Origin: Lama guanicoe | Lineage: Eukaryota | NCBI GenBank assembly: GCA_013239625.1 | Contig: MU053754.1 | Coordinates: forward strand, 248,001-312,000 | Reading direction: 5' to 3' | Length of the DNA stretch: 64,000 nt | Part shown: piece after piece, positions 1 to 12,400 of the stretch | How the letters are laid out: every line of letters begins with the position of its first letter | How positions within the stretch are numbered: the first letter of the stretch is position 1 | The notes under the pieces: generated by a model | Database searches by the model: none | The model's input: the letters and a program-made list of their open reading frames with translations, nothing else | What the model was told of the DNA's origin: nothing | Translations under genes and position numbers: made by a program

Positions 1-340
1 TTCTTACTGTTTTCCATAATGGCTGCACCAAATTACATTCCATCAGCAGTGCAGGAGGGTTCACTTTTCTCCACATCCTCTCTAGCATTTACCATTTGTG
101 GACTTTTTATTGATGGCCATTCTGAGCAGTGTGAGGTGATATCTGATTGTAGTTTTGAATTGCATTTCTCTGATAATTAGCAATGTTGAGCATTTTTTCA
201 TGTGACTATCGGCCATCTGTCTGTCTTCACGGGAGAAATGTCTGTTTAGGTCTTCTGCCCATTTTTGGATTGGGTTGTTTGTATTTTGTCTTGAGTTGTA
301 TGATCTGAGTTTCTAAGTTTAGAGAAAATCTGTTGCATAA
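1..340 (-). mobile_element. L1 ORF2 3'-region fragment, cut by the window edge
   Basis: Antisense L1 text such as ttccataatggctgcaccaaattacattcc and tgcatttctctgataattagcaatgttgagcattttttcatg. It is the reverse complement of part of the plus-strand L1 at 21302. Confidence 0.9.
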
Positions 341-387
341 CCTTTGTACCCTTGGATACTGAACTGTGAATCATTAGACAGTGTTCC

Positions 388-801
388 TGTGATAGTTGGT
401 AGTATGTATCGACTTGAGGGGAGCACGAGGTGCCTAGATATTTGATCAAACGTTATTCTAGGTGTTTCTGTGAGGGTGTCCTGGATGAGATGAACATTTA
501 AATTGGTGTACTGAATAAAGCAGGGTGCCCTCCTTGTTGTGGTGGGCCTCGTCCAGTCAGTTGAAGGCCTGAGTAGAAAAAAGCCTGACTTTCCCCGGAA
601 TAAGAGGATTTCGTGCTTGACAGTGTTCAGACTGGTACATCAACTCTTCTTGGTTCTACAGCAGCTTCTGCTTTGCATCTGAGCTGCGAGATCAGCTCTG
701 CAGATTTTGGATTTCCAGTCTGCATAATCATCAGGCAATTGCATACATATATGTCTCTAGAGAACCCTATTTAGTCTCTGGAGCCACCCTGTCAACTTAC
801 A
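388..801 (+). mobile_element. MLT2-like (ERVL) solo LTR
   Basis: MLT2 hallmarks tgcctagatatttgatcaaacgttattctaggtgtttctgtgagggtgt and gtgggcctcgtccagtcagttgaaggcctgagtagaaaaaag, ending in a ctctggagccaccctg-type terminus. Confidence 0.8.
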
Positions 802-1302
802 CAGACATCATAAAAATGGGCTGAAGCCGTTTCCGAAAGCCCTCAGACCAGTGGTCGGGACGGCAGCATTCTATTGGTTTAAGACCTCGTTTGGAATGAA
901 GTGGCAGAATTCAGACTTCCTGCCTATGAACAAAGATTATTTCATTGCTTATCTTCCCTTTGTGCTCATATCCTTTCATTTAAATCAACAAACTGAAGCT
1001 CATACACAACAGCCATGATAGACAGGTTCTGATCAGAAAAGGTTCTTGCATAATCACATTGAGTTGTGTGAAGAAAAATGACTCTTTGGGGCACTTGGAG
1101 AGAGAGTCTGACCTGGAAATGTATGGGAATCACGGTCAGAAACATACCATTATTTGAGAAGCTGCTGAGTTCTGAAGTTACACTTTCATAATGGGAACAG
1201 AACAGAGCCTTTCTGTTTATTTTTGTGTTCAGTCAGAGCCCCATCAGTGCCAAGCAAGGCACAGATGGACAGACTCCAGGAGAGATATCAGAGCTTCTGT
1301 AT

Positions 1303-1616
1303 TCGGGGTCGGAGAACTTCTTCTCCAAGGAGCCAGTGAACGTTAGGCTTTGCTGGCCAGTGTTTGTCCCAGAGGATTGAGCCTCTCCCATTTGAGTGGG
1401 AAAGTTACCACAGACATTTCATGCACAGTGACGTGGCTGTGCTTCAATAACTCTGTATTTATGGACCCTCAGATTTGAGTTTTATATATGTTTCACATGT
1501 GACAAGATCGTCTTTTGCTTTGGGGGGAAAACTGTAAAAATGTAAGGACCATCCCTAGTGTGTAGACTGTGCGTAGTCTGGGTTTGGCTCATGGGGGTGC
1601 CGTTTTCCAAGCCCTG
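1303..1616. mobile_element. MER58B-like hAT-Charlie MITE
   Basis: Degenerate termini cggggtcggagaac and ttccaagccctg, with internal text tttcacatgtgacaagatcgtctt and aaaatgtaaggaccatccctag. Confidence 0.65.
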
Positions 1617-2074
1617 TTCTATAGAATCAGCTTCAGTAGAGCTTTCAATGTGCCTGTGTACACCAAGGGAAGGAAAAACGCCTTTGCACCCCCAGACCAA
1701 ATACTACAGAAAGCACTTAATTAAATGAACATCCCTACTAACCTTTACCCACATCTGCATTTATCTAATTAATGTGGCATAACAGTAACTAAAAAACAGT
1801 GGAAGGAGCCTTATTGTATGTGTATATGTATTAATGTCTATGTATATTTAAATGAGTATCAGTATTTCAGTCTTCCTCCTCTCTGAAAGGCGCCAATCGA
1901 AGTCAGTTATTCTACAAAACACCGTAGTTCTGGCCAGACCTCATCGTGAGAAATGTTACAAAAATGATCTTGGAAGTTTTTCAGGGGATTTTTCCTCCTG
2001 GTCTCAGGTTGGGCCCTGAATTGATGTGGGCGTCTGTCTCTTCATCATGAGAAGGGGACGTTGGTCTAGTTCAC

Positions 2075-2290
2075 CTGGAGGCAAACTTCTTCCTAAAAGG
2101 CCAGACAGCAGATACTTCATGGACCATACCATTTCTGTTGGAACTATACCCTTCTGCTGTGATGGCACTTAAAAAGGCTGTCACAGGATGGACAGTATGT
2201 CAGCAAAAGGCGGAGGCTGGGTCCCAGGATAATGAGTATTTACAGACACAGGCAGGGGACAAGATTTGGGCCATAGTTTTGTGATCTCTG
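2075..2290. mobile_element. MER58A-like hAT MITE
   Basis: Starts ggcaaacttcttcctaaaaggccagacagcagatact and ends gatttgggccatagttttgtgatctctg. Confidence 0.6.
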
Positions 2291-4555
2291 GTCTAGTTGG
2301 TCTTAAAATACCTTCGCGGACCTGGAAATCAGATGACTGTTGCTTCACTGAAGCGGACCACCGGGTGAGGGTTGGCCATGCTTTCTTCCTTTAACTTTTC
2401 AAGAAGTCAGTCTTATCTTCATTTTACAAATAGAAAAACTGATACGTAAGGAGCTCTAGTTGCATGTGGTAACTATATTTTTCCTTAACTAAATTCTTCC
2501 ATAAGAGAAATCATGAGCTCAGAAAAATCAATATGTTTTCATAAAGAGCAGTGACTCACTTGGAAGTAAGTTACGGAGAAGCATTGCCTACAATTATACC
2601 ATTTCTTATTTGTTGGTTATAGGGAATTTATGCGTGTTACACATTGTCAGCAACAAACTTCCTTTGCAGCGTTTTCTGTCTGCATCTCCAAGGTAAGGGA
2701 AGTGTTAAATTTCAATGAAGCACACTAGCGTATACCTCTGGTGGAACTCATGTCTTACTTCATGATTTCTTACATGTGCTATTCAAGGGGAAGCAGCTTA
2801 GAGGTATATAAACTCAGCATACCTTAAGCAAAATGTCTAATCATGAAAATCTCTGGAAATGTGTTTGAAGTCTCCCCAGCAGGGGCTTGAGTTCCTTGGA
2901 AGGGCTGAGGGCCATTCCTGAGCTCATTCGCCTTCACCTAGGGGTTCTGAGTACTGTCTCCACACAGTGACTGTCTTCATGGGAAGGCTTGGAGCCTCTG
3001 TGAACACACGTGTGGGTTTGGTGTCAATGGTTTGCTGGATGGAATGGTGTCTGAATGACTTCCATGGGTCATGTATTCCGAGGGAATGCCCTGTGAGGGA
3101 GGGGGGATGCACTTGTGAAAAACACACGGCAAAATGGCTCCCAGCACCTGCTGAATTAGCAAAAATTAAGCCAGTGAAGACAGAAACTTTTCCATAAATG
3201 AGCCCCAGTGGCTGACGACGGTAATTCTGTACCCGCTTGGCACACTGCGATGCAGAAAACTTCATGGATGCCTTTTCTTGATGAAACAGCTCAGTGAGAG
3301 TGTCTTCAGTGGTTTTAGGCTGAGGGTTTTCGGAAATCTTTTCTCGAATTAGCTTCTCAAGAAAATGGAGCTTGTAAAGAGTTGCAGCAAACCAGTCAGC
3401 AACCTCTGTGTGAAGCTGACTCTTCGTGTCAAGTTTTCATCCAAAATGCAGCACGTCTTGGTGGACGATAGACTAAATGCTGACGTTCGAAATTCCTGAT
3501 TTGGGATGAATTTTTCTAATGATCCATTGAAATGTTTAATTTAAAATCTTATAAAATCAATGAGCGGTTTGAGTTACATTTTAATGATCTCCGATTTCTA
3601 GTGTATAACCAAGTGGCCTGAAGGTATAATTAAGTTATGTTAAATAGTCGGTTACTTGATTTAATTTCGGTCTCCTCCACTAGATAAAACGTTCATTGAA
3701 GGCTGAGACTTTGTTACCCCAGCATATGTGGTTGGTTCTCAATAAATATTTGTGGAATGAATTTAAAAATGGATGAATGTTACATATGAATATTACATTA
3801 AGCTTTCTCTTACCTTTGTAAAATAATCAGTAAATATTTATTTTAAAGATTTCAATGGAAACACCTTGAGTTCATACTCTTTCATTCTAAAGTGCTAATC
3901 AAAGGGACTGTATTACCTGAAAAAGTCTAAGGTCCTTTTAGCTACACTAACATGTGCATATGTAAGTCAAGTGCGTATCAGCTCAGTGTTCCCGTGTTTG
4001 GTTCAGGGTCTATAACCATGCCAAAGGCACTTAAAACACCAGGGTTCCTTTGTATGGGACTTCATGAGACCCGAGGTTTGTTGTGGGAGCTCTATGTCTC
4101 CTGGTGTTTTTTTGTCTTTGTTTTTAACACCAAGAAAATGGGCTCCCTGAGATCATTCAGGGAGAGTATGTAGAGCAAAAAACAGAAGAGGAGCAAGTGC
4201 AGAAAGTGTGTATCTACCTTAAACATTGAAACATGCAAATAAGCAAGTATCTGTCAAGTTCCTAAACATCTGGGAATAAAATGAGATAAAAATGGGGCAG
4301 GCTTAGTAAGTCTGAAGGGTGGTATGATCTGGAGCATTGGATGGAAATTGTAACCAGGTCCTGCTCACACTAAGTGCAGTGAAAAGCAACGTAAGCCTTG
4401 AACATTGTTCTTTTGTCATTTTAACATGTTAACTAATCTGAGACATCATCTGTAATGTCAAGCCAGAGTATTTAATTCATATTTCACGAGATTTCTTCAA
4501 TTTGAGAAATACGGAAATAACTCAGTATTCTAACATAACCTTCATGTAACCAAAT

Positions 4556-4611
4556 ATGCATCAAAAATATGATATTTTAACTCATGCATCAAAAATACGC
4601 TATTTTAACCT
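4556..4611. repeat. 28-bp tandem duplication
   Basis: atgcatcaaaaatatgatattttaactc followed by atgcatcaaaaatacgctattttaacct. Confidence 0.85.
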
Positions 4612-5277
4612 ACCAGACTGGATAAAGTGAAAAGAAAATGCCAAGTATTGGTGAGAAAGGAGGCAACTCATACATAATTGGTGGGGTTTATACATTGTTA
4701 TAAAAAAATCATTGGGTAGTATCAATTTCAGCTGAAAATGTGCCCACTCTGCAAGTCAGGAACTCTAGGTTTGTGTCCATGAGAAGTGGACACATATTCC
4801 CACCAAAGGACTCGGACGGAACCGTTTACAGGAACTCTGTTCATTGTGCCCACAAACTGGAGAGACCCCAGATGTCCAGCATTAGATAATTGAATTGTTC
4901 TGTATTTTTCAACTGGAATATTACCTATTAGAAAAGGGAATAACTGCTTCATGCAGGAATCTGAATGAATATCACAAATACAGTATGGAGCAATAGAAGC
5001 AAGACACAGACGAGGACACATCTGTTTCCACTGTCAGGAATTGCCAAAACATTCAGGATGTCTGATAGGAACCTCCAGAGTAGTGGTGGACTTTGAGGAG
5101 ATGCCGATTGGAAAGGAAAATACGGGAGCTTTTAGGTGGTGAGGGCAACGTTCTGTATATTAATCTTGGATTTGGTTGCAGGGACGTATCTATGCAGAAA
5201 AAGTGATCAAGCTATGCTTACTTACCTTTTAATGGAAGCTACAGTGTAAATTATACGCACTGTATTATATATTTTTT
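4600..5277 (+). mobile_element. Ancient L1 (L1ME/L1MC-type) ORF2 end and 3' UTR fragment
   Basis: Decayed L1 motifs ccaagtattggtgag, caaactggagagaccccagatgtcc and ttctgtatattaatcttgg. Confidence 0.65.
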
Positions 5278-5291
5278 AGAATCCGTTATTT

Positions 5292-5647
5292 TTAAAATTT
5301 TTTATGTATTTTTACCGAAGTACAGTCAGTTTACAATATTGTGTCAGTTTCTGGTGTACAGCATAATGTTTCAGTCACGTAGGAACATACATACATTTGT
5401 TCTCATAGTCTTTCTCACCACAGGTGACTACAAGATACTGAATATAGTTTTCCTGTGCTGTACAGTAGAAACTTGTTGTTTATCGGATTTTGTGAGAATC
5501 CTCCTGTATTTGAGAACGAGAGACAGCCTCCCAGAGTTCAGTAGGTGTTCCGTGTGATTCGATGGGTTTGTAGGCGTCATTCTTGGTGTATTTGTGGGAG
5601 AGGGTGAGCTGTGAGTCTCTCTACTCTGCCGTCTTGGCTCCATCCCC
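5292..5647 (-). mobile_element. Internally deleted or spliced L1 retrocopy (5' UTR start joined to 3' UTR end)
   Basis: The minus strand begins GGGGATGGAGCCAAGACGGCAGAGTAG, an L1 start with a YY1-like motif. It joins at 5484/5483 to ATAAACAACAAG of the L1 3' UTR and an A-rich tail. Degenerate TSD agaatccgttattt (5278) and agaatccatccttt (5648). Confidence 0.75.
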
Positions 5648-7449
5648 AGAATCCATCCTTTAAAGTTGAGTGTTTTGATACCAATCTATTCTTTCCTTCT
5701 TCATTTCCAAATTGGAACTCTCACCATCTTAACTTCATGCATGTCAGCAGCATCTCTCGATGAAGAACTTGAATTGAAACATGTAGATTTTATAAGAGAG
5801 AGAAGTCTTCTAGGTGTCTCACTGCCCCTGTCAGTTTTCCTGGATTTCTGGACAAGAAGTCGTTGTTTCTGGATGATTGAAAGTGGGGCAGCGTGTGTGC
5901 TTCCCACAGCCCGAGTTATGGTTCCTGCAAGAGTCGAGCAGTCGTGCAATTACTGAGCAGTGTTTGTCAAGGCCACTCCATGTCCATCGCTGCTGGACAA
6001 CTGTGCCCTTCCTTGTGTAGGTTTTTGCCAGGGGAAAGGCTGCTATAATCATGCAGGACCAGGAGCAGTTATAGCAGCTCTCTGGACTCTCCTTTTCCTA
6101 ATGAATAGGACACACCTTCATCGTCAGGGACTGACCTTTAAACACTAATGTAAATCTTTCGGCCAGTTGTTTTATTAATTGCTAGAACCTAGCTCTCTGG
6201 GGTTGTTAATTCGCCCTACACAAGGACCACCTGCAATTAATCTTTCTCTAATTCTTGACACCATGGTTTACAATTATTGATTTCTTTTTAAAAACCAATT
6301 AGATATTTTAGTCTTTTACAAACTTACACAAAACTGCAGGTCCCTAAAATGATTTGAGTGTCCACAGAGAAGAGCCCTGAGCAACTGATCAAGGTTTGGT
6401 CTATAAAGCTTAGATTCACTGACATGCAAAAGTAGATTACCTGTTTAAGCGGAGAACATCCTTTGCAAGGGACGAATGAATCCAGGTACTGCATCCACAG
6501 GGCTGTGTTCGACCTGCCCCATGTTGTCAGATGCTCGGTCGGTGACTGACAAGGACAATTCAGACCTGTCTTGTACCTTATAAATCAGAGCTGACAGGTA
6601 CAGATTTGGCCCTCACTGACTCTCTCTGTCCCTACGTGTTCAGGACCAGGAAGAGCAGAGAAAGCACACAGACACCTTTACCCAATAGCTATTTCTATTC
6701 TGAACCACCCTCTGAAGCAAAATGGTACCTGTTCGTGCTCCAAGCCGACTGAAATATGATAGCGTGTCTCATGATTACAGGATGCATTCATTTCATGTTT
6801 TCCTTTTCTCAGTTCACTTTTCTCCTGTGTAAAGGAACCTTGGAGAAAAAAACTAACCTAAGGTAATTGACAGTAATTGACAGTCCTGACTGAGAGGAGC
6901 ACAGAGACAGAAACGCAGTGTTCTCAGGATTCATTCTGCTCTGTCTTTTGATCTCTCAGCCTCTTCTTCTGTCTCTGCTTAGTCTGTGCTAACCCATAAA
7001 TTTATCTCTCGGACCTCCATGTGCTCCGTCTCCGCAGCCTGACTGACTTACTCCTACAGCTCTCTGCCCTTTGACTTGGTACCCTGGATTTCTTGTCTTC
7101 TTTTGCCTGTGTTGGCACTTCTGGGAACATCACCCTTTTTTGTGACTAAAATCTTCTGCGAGGCTGCCAAATCTCCTTTTATTGAAATATCCTCATAGGA
7201 AGATTTATCAGTTCTTTCCTCATCTGGATCCTACTGTGAATGAACTTGGTCCTCAATGCTGGCAGATAAATATTTTGCCTTTGAGTATGTCTTCTCTGTT
7301 ACCTGAAGATTTAGGGGAAATTTATCCTGTGGAACAATACCTTTGGCCTTACAACTTTGTTTTTCTCAAAGATTAAAAATCTGTCCCAGTTAGCTTAAAA
7401 TGGCAATTAATATTTCTTTATCTTTACTAGAAAACATGGCATCCATATA

Positions 7450-7813
7450 TAGTTGATTTGAATAACACAGAGGTTAGAGGTACTGACACCCGGTATAGTC
7501 GAAAATCAGTGTATAATTTGACTTCCCCAGAGCGTAACTGTTAATAGCCAGCTGTTGCCTGGAAGCCTTACTGATACCATAAAGTTGATTTATACTTAAC
7601 TGTGTATGTTACATGTCTACCTACACATATTTTATGCATTCATGATAGACCTCTCCTGTAATCTTTTCGATATTTCTATGCTACGCAGTTCATCTGCAAG
7701 TTTTTTCAAATTTCTGTGAATCTCTGCACATTTTTCCGATATATTTATTGAAAATAAATCTGCGTACAGGTGGACCCACCTAGTTTAAACTCTTGTTGTT
7801 CAAGGGTCAGCTG
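7450..7813. mobile_element. Tigger2-derived MITE (Tigger2a/MER28-like, Tc1/mariner)
   Basis: The right end ttgttgttcaagggtcagctg is the reverse complement of the Tigger2-type TIR CAGTTGACCCTTGAACAAC. The left end agttgatttgaataacacagaggttag is a decayed TIR. Confidence 0.75.
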
Positions 7814-7869
7814 AATTAAAATATAAAGCATGTGCATTTATATGATTTATTTTTAAATGCCTGTTCACT

Positions 7870-8450
7870 CTTGAACCCATTCTAGTTGAATTTTTCCCAG
7901 TGTCAACAAAACTCGCCCTGTCAAGATTGCCAGTGATCTTCCTCATAGTAAATCTAATGGGCAGTCCTTCACCCTCATTTTATCTGATCCATTAACACTG
8001 TTGGACATTGTTAAATACTCCCTCCTACTTGATAAAATTCTCCTTTACTTGGATTCCAAGGAAACATGCTTTGCTGATTGTCTTCTGTCTGCTCTGGTCA
8101 GTTGTTAATCAATCTCCTTAAGTGGTTTGTCCTCTCCTGATCCTGAAAGTCGGCATGTGCCCCCGTGTTCCTGCTTTGGGCAGTTTCTTTCCATCCCCAT
8201 TCACTCCCCTGATGATTTAACCTCATCTCAAGTTTACAGGTTTACTCTGTGATTTTGACTCTCACACCATAAGACCCTCACCCTGAAATCCAGGGTCATA
8301 GAATTTTTCCTCTCAACATTTTCCGCTGGAAGGTCTTACAGGCGCCTCTCCCTTAACATGTTCTGTATTAAACTCACGAGCTTCCTCCTGAGACCTGTTG
8401 ATGGTCTTCACCAACAGAGGAAAAGACAGTTCTGTCCTGCCAGTAACTCA
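7870..8450 (+). mobile_element. L2 fragment (decayed RT region into 3' part)
   Basis: aaactcgccctgtcaagattgccagtgatcttcctcatagtaaatctaatgggcagtcc resembles the L2 RT segment ETALVKVTNDLLIAKSNG. Confidence 0.65.
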
Positions 8451-8629
8451 TACCTTTGGTTCTGAGTGCCTCTCCTCCGATTTCGTGCGCTTCAGTTCTG
8501 ACACTCCTATTTGCAATCTTCTTTGGGAGAACTGTCTGCTGAGACCTTAGTCAGGCTATTGGAAGCACATTCTCTGCAGTTTTCAAGTGCTGGGAGACTT
8601 GCTCTTATTTTCAAGATGGCTTGGAGGAT

Positions 8630-9410
8630 CTAAGTTGTTTGCATTTTCGTATAAATCTTAGAGTCTGCTGAAGAATTCCTACAAAGAAGCTCCTAATGGC
8701 TTATACTTGGATAACATTGAATCTATGCGTCATTTGGGGGCAGGGAAATTGACATGTCAAAAATAAGAAGAAATCTTACAATCCTTGAAAATGATAAGTC
8801 TCCCCATTAATTTATGTCTTTGTTAATTTCTCTGAGCAGTATTTTGTAGTTTTCAGTAGAGAGATCCTGGGCAACTTTTATTAAATTTATACCTAAGCAT
8901 TTTTGGTGGGTGATAACAGTGTAAATGATGATGGTTTTTTCAATGTCCTTTTCCAGTTGTATGCTACTAGCATATAGAAATACACACGATTTTTTTAAAT
9001 TAAAAAACATTTTTTAAAAATGGAGGTAGTGGGGATTGAACCCAGGACCTCATGCATGCTAAGCATGTGCTCTACCACTGAGCTTTACCTTCCCCCTGAC
9101 AAATGATTTTTGAGTATTGACTTTATATTTCTAAGATCTTGATAAATGACATATTGTAGTGTTTGTTTGATGGATTATTTAGTAAACTTCATGAAAGAAA
9201 TAATTTTAAATATAATTTGACTTCTTCCTTTCCATTTTTGTGCCTTTTATCTCTCTCTCTTGCCTTAGAACCTCCAGTACGGTGTTGATTAGAGATACTT
9301 AGAGTAGACTTCTTTTGTTCCCAGGCTTTGAGAAAGATCATGATGTTTAACAATTAAGTACGATTTTATCTGTAGATATTCTTTATTTGATTGAGAAGTT
9401 CTCTTTCCTG
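8630..9410 (-). mobile_element. Old L1M ORF2 fragment, interrupted by a SINE
   Basis: ORF 8807..9010 contains KCLGINLIKVAQDLSTENYKILLREINKDIN, matching the L1 ORF2p motif KYLGINLTKEVKDLY.ENYKTL.KEI. Confidence 0.85.
8996..9096 (-). mobile_element. tRNA-derived SINE (Vic-1-like, camelid)
   Basis: tggaggtagtggggattgaacccaggacctcatgcatgctaagcatgtgctctaccactgagc gives antisense A and B boxes. Degenerate TSD acacacgattttt / acaaatgattttt inside the L1. Confidence 0.85.
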
Positions 9411-12400
9411 GCTACTTTCTTAAACAACCCCTTTCATATATATCTTGTTCTTAGAGGCCATTTCTGGAGACCTGGCTTGAGACGAGTAGGCTTAGGAGAT
9501 TGTTGTAAGTCTGATGTGTCCAACATTGTTACGTAAAAGTAATAAAGAACACGTCTCCGTGTAGAGATTCGTTCTTTTATCTGTCATGCTGTTGAGACAG
9601 GTGCAGTGTACACAGCTAATGAAATCTCATAAGGCCAAAATGAATTTCAGAGTGTTTGCTCAGGCAGTTTTGGCTGTCCTACTTCTGTGTGCTTTGGCAG
9701 ATTAAATCATTTATTATTTAATAAATGACCAGTAATGACAAATAATAATTCAAAATATATTTTCTGTTGTTAGGGAGATAGGAGAAGACATCTACTCCAT
9801 GCCAGTGGGGGGGGGGGTTGCAGTCCGTAAGTCAGGGAGACTAGCAAAACAGGCTTTCTCTCATCCACAAAGGGTGATGAGTAGGTTACAGATGGAGGAG
9901 AAATCTTGTCCTTCAAGGATTCTGGCCGCTTCATCTTGCTTAGGTGTCTACAGATGGTCTCCACTCCAAATATGATGAGCTTGAAGAGAACTTCTCTCTT
10001 GTTCTTTTCTAATTAATTGGGTTATGAGTCAGTTTCTGTCTCTTTTGACCAACAGGCAAGCTGAAACACTCCAACTAAAGAAAAAAAACTGATTTTAAGA
10101 AAACTGTGAACAGTTAGACATTACTCATCCCGTGAGGTAGATTCTCATTGCTTCATGAACATCCCCAGGGAAATACCACCGTTTCACGGTGACACAAATG
10201 TGGTACTCGCGACAAGAAGTACAGCTTGTTTTTCGTGCGCATACAGCTCTGTGATTTATGCTAACGTTAGAAACAGGAACAAGAGTAAATGAAATCTCCA
10301 GGTAGTCAGAGCCTTAATTTTGTTCAGTAGTCTTAAACCCTTCCATCTCAATATTTGTGCAAACATTGTTACCAGGTAACCAGTTTCACTAGATTCAGTG
10401 CTGGCTGCTTTAATTTCCATTTTGCTCTGGCCAGTAGCATTATCCATAATCGATGAAATGGCCCCGAAGGAGGCAGGCATCAGAACGATGGCTTAGATTA
10501 CGTACCGATGGGCGTCCAAAAATGAAAGGTGCGTGGATTTTCAACATGGTTAAGATACAAGTGGGAGGAAGCTGTGACTTATCTAAGGAATAGATAAGTC
10601 AGTCTTGAATGAGAAACTGAAGGAATTTGGAAACATTAGATGAATATTTTATGCTTGTCACTTGAGTAAGACAGCTTAACGGAGATAACTAGTCACTTAG
10701 CAGGCACACTGTAATAGTTTTCTGGCAAGGTGGCCAACTTCACAGTAGTGCCAAATGTCTCTGAGTCTCTTCTCCATTTCTCCATCTTACAACGTGAAGC
10801 CGCAGTCAAGTGCTCATCCTTTTGCACCTGGAGAGCGTCATACTCAGTACATGGGTCCGTTCAGCCGCCATAACCTGGATCAGGCAGCAGACGCCATTTG
10901 CCTGGGCAGAAACCTGCAGTGGCGCCATGCTGCTTCCCAGAATGTAGATCTGTCGGGGTGAAATCAGTGCCCTCATGGCAAGTTAAATACTGGAATTTCA
11001 GACATGGCTTCTCCCCTTTCCTATGGCCAGTCCTCTTATTGTCCCTGGCTTATGTATAACACACCACTCACCCAACTGTCATGGCCTTCCTCGTGCTATC
11101 TCCCCTTCTGGAATGCATTTTGCCACCTCACGACGTTGCTTAGAGAGTTCTACTGTGGCTGGTTCAAATATCACCTGTCACCCGAAGGCCCTGTCCACCC
11201 CCAGCACTCACAAGCCACATCTGTTGTCCCCACAGAGCTTCGTTTATGGTCCCTGTCCCTGCCATAACTGGAAATTCATTCCTGGTTTCAAACATTTTGA
11301 GTTTTTAGTGATGGCGGAACATTGATGAGGGTTCATGGTTAAGTGAGGACTCTGGAAGTAGAGCTCAGTGGAGTAGTCAGGGAGAAAGATACTTGATTTC
11401 ATACACTTTGATGGTCTCTCTGCTTCAGTTTTCAGCCTCTGATCATCAATTTCTTCTATAAACTACCCTATTAAAGTGCTGGACAAACATCATGAAAATA
11501 TCAAGTACACAGTGAAACCATGATTTTTAAAAATTTGAGGTATATGTACCTCAACTAAAGTGTTGAATTTTCAGCCTCAATATCAGAGATTCATAAGCAG
11601 CAATCCTTGTGTAGTGTCAGGGAATCTGACTTTATAAGGTAGCCTTATGTTATTATGATAAAGGTTAAATACACACTTCTAGAATCACTAAAATTAATAG
11701 ACTGATTTTAAATTGGTCCAACAATAAGGGGATGATTATGCAAATAATGGCATATGTGAAATGCAGTGTTGTACAGTCATAAATATACGTAGTTTTAAAG
11801 AAATACATCAACCTGTTAATACACTTGCAGAAATAGAAAACACAGCATAGTATGTTTGCTTTCCATATCAGCAAGTGTTAGTGGAAACATACTTGAAGAG
11901 ACAAGTGGTAGTTGGCCATTTCATATTTTAAGCACAGTTTTACTCTGTAGCCAATCAGAGTGTCTAAGAGTAGCTCTAAAAACTAGCTGGGAACCTTGGA
12001 CAGCTCCCCTCCGCTTGTCTTTGCAAAGGAAAGAGGCTGTTCATTGGAAGAAGTCTTGAGCTGGGAGTAAGTGCGTGGTCTTTGCATTGAAAGGGGTTGA
12101 GTGGATCACACTTGTTTATCTTATCCGTCCCCTTAATGACAGGAAAAGCTTGAAAATGGTCAAGATAATAGTGGAGTATAGGTTTGAGGAAAACTCAGGA
12201 ATTCTGCACATAGGAAACGAGTCGGACAGGTAGTAGCTGGTGTGGAAGAGAGGACCCTTTTATTAGATGCTTGTTGAGGGCTATTAGGGCAAAGAGTTAG
12301 TGGTTCAACCCCGAGAGGCTTGTGAATTGATGAAACAAGGCACGTGACGGTTACGAGACATGGGATGAGAGCATTATATACGTGTCAGATTGTTGAACCG

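Noticed and set aside
5666..6150. Overlapping ORFs on both strands suggesting a processed pseudogene
   Set aside because: No recognisable protein, poly(A) tail or TSD.
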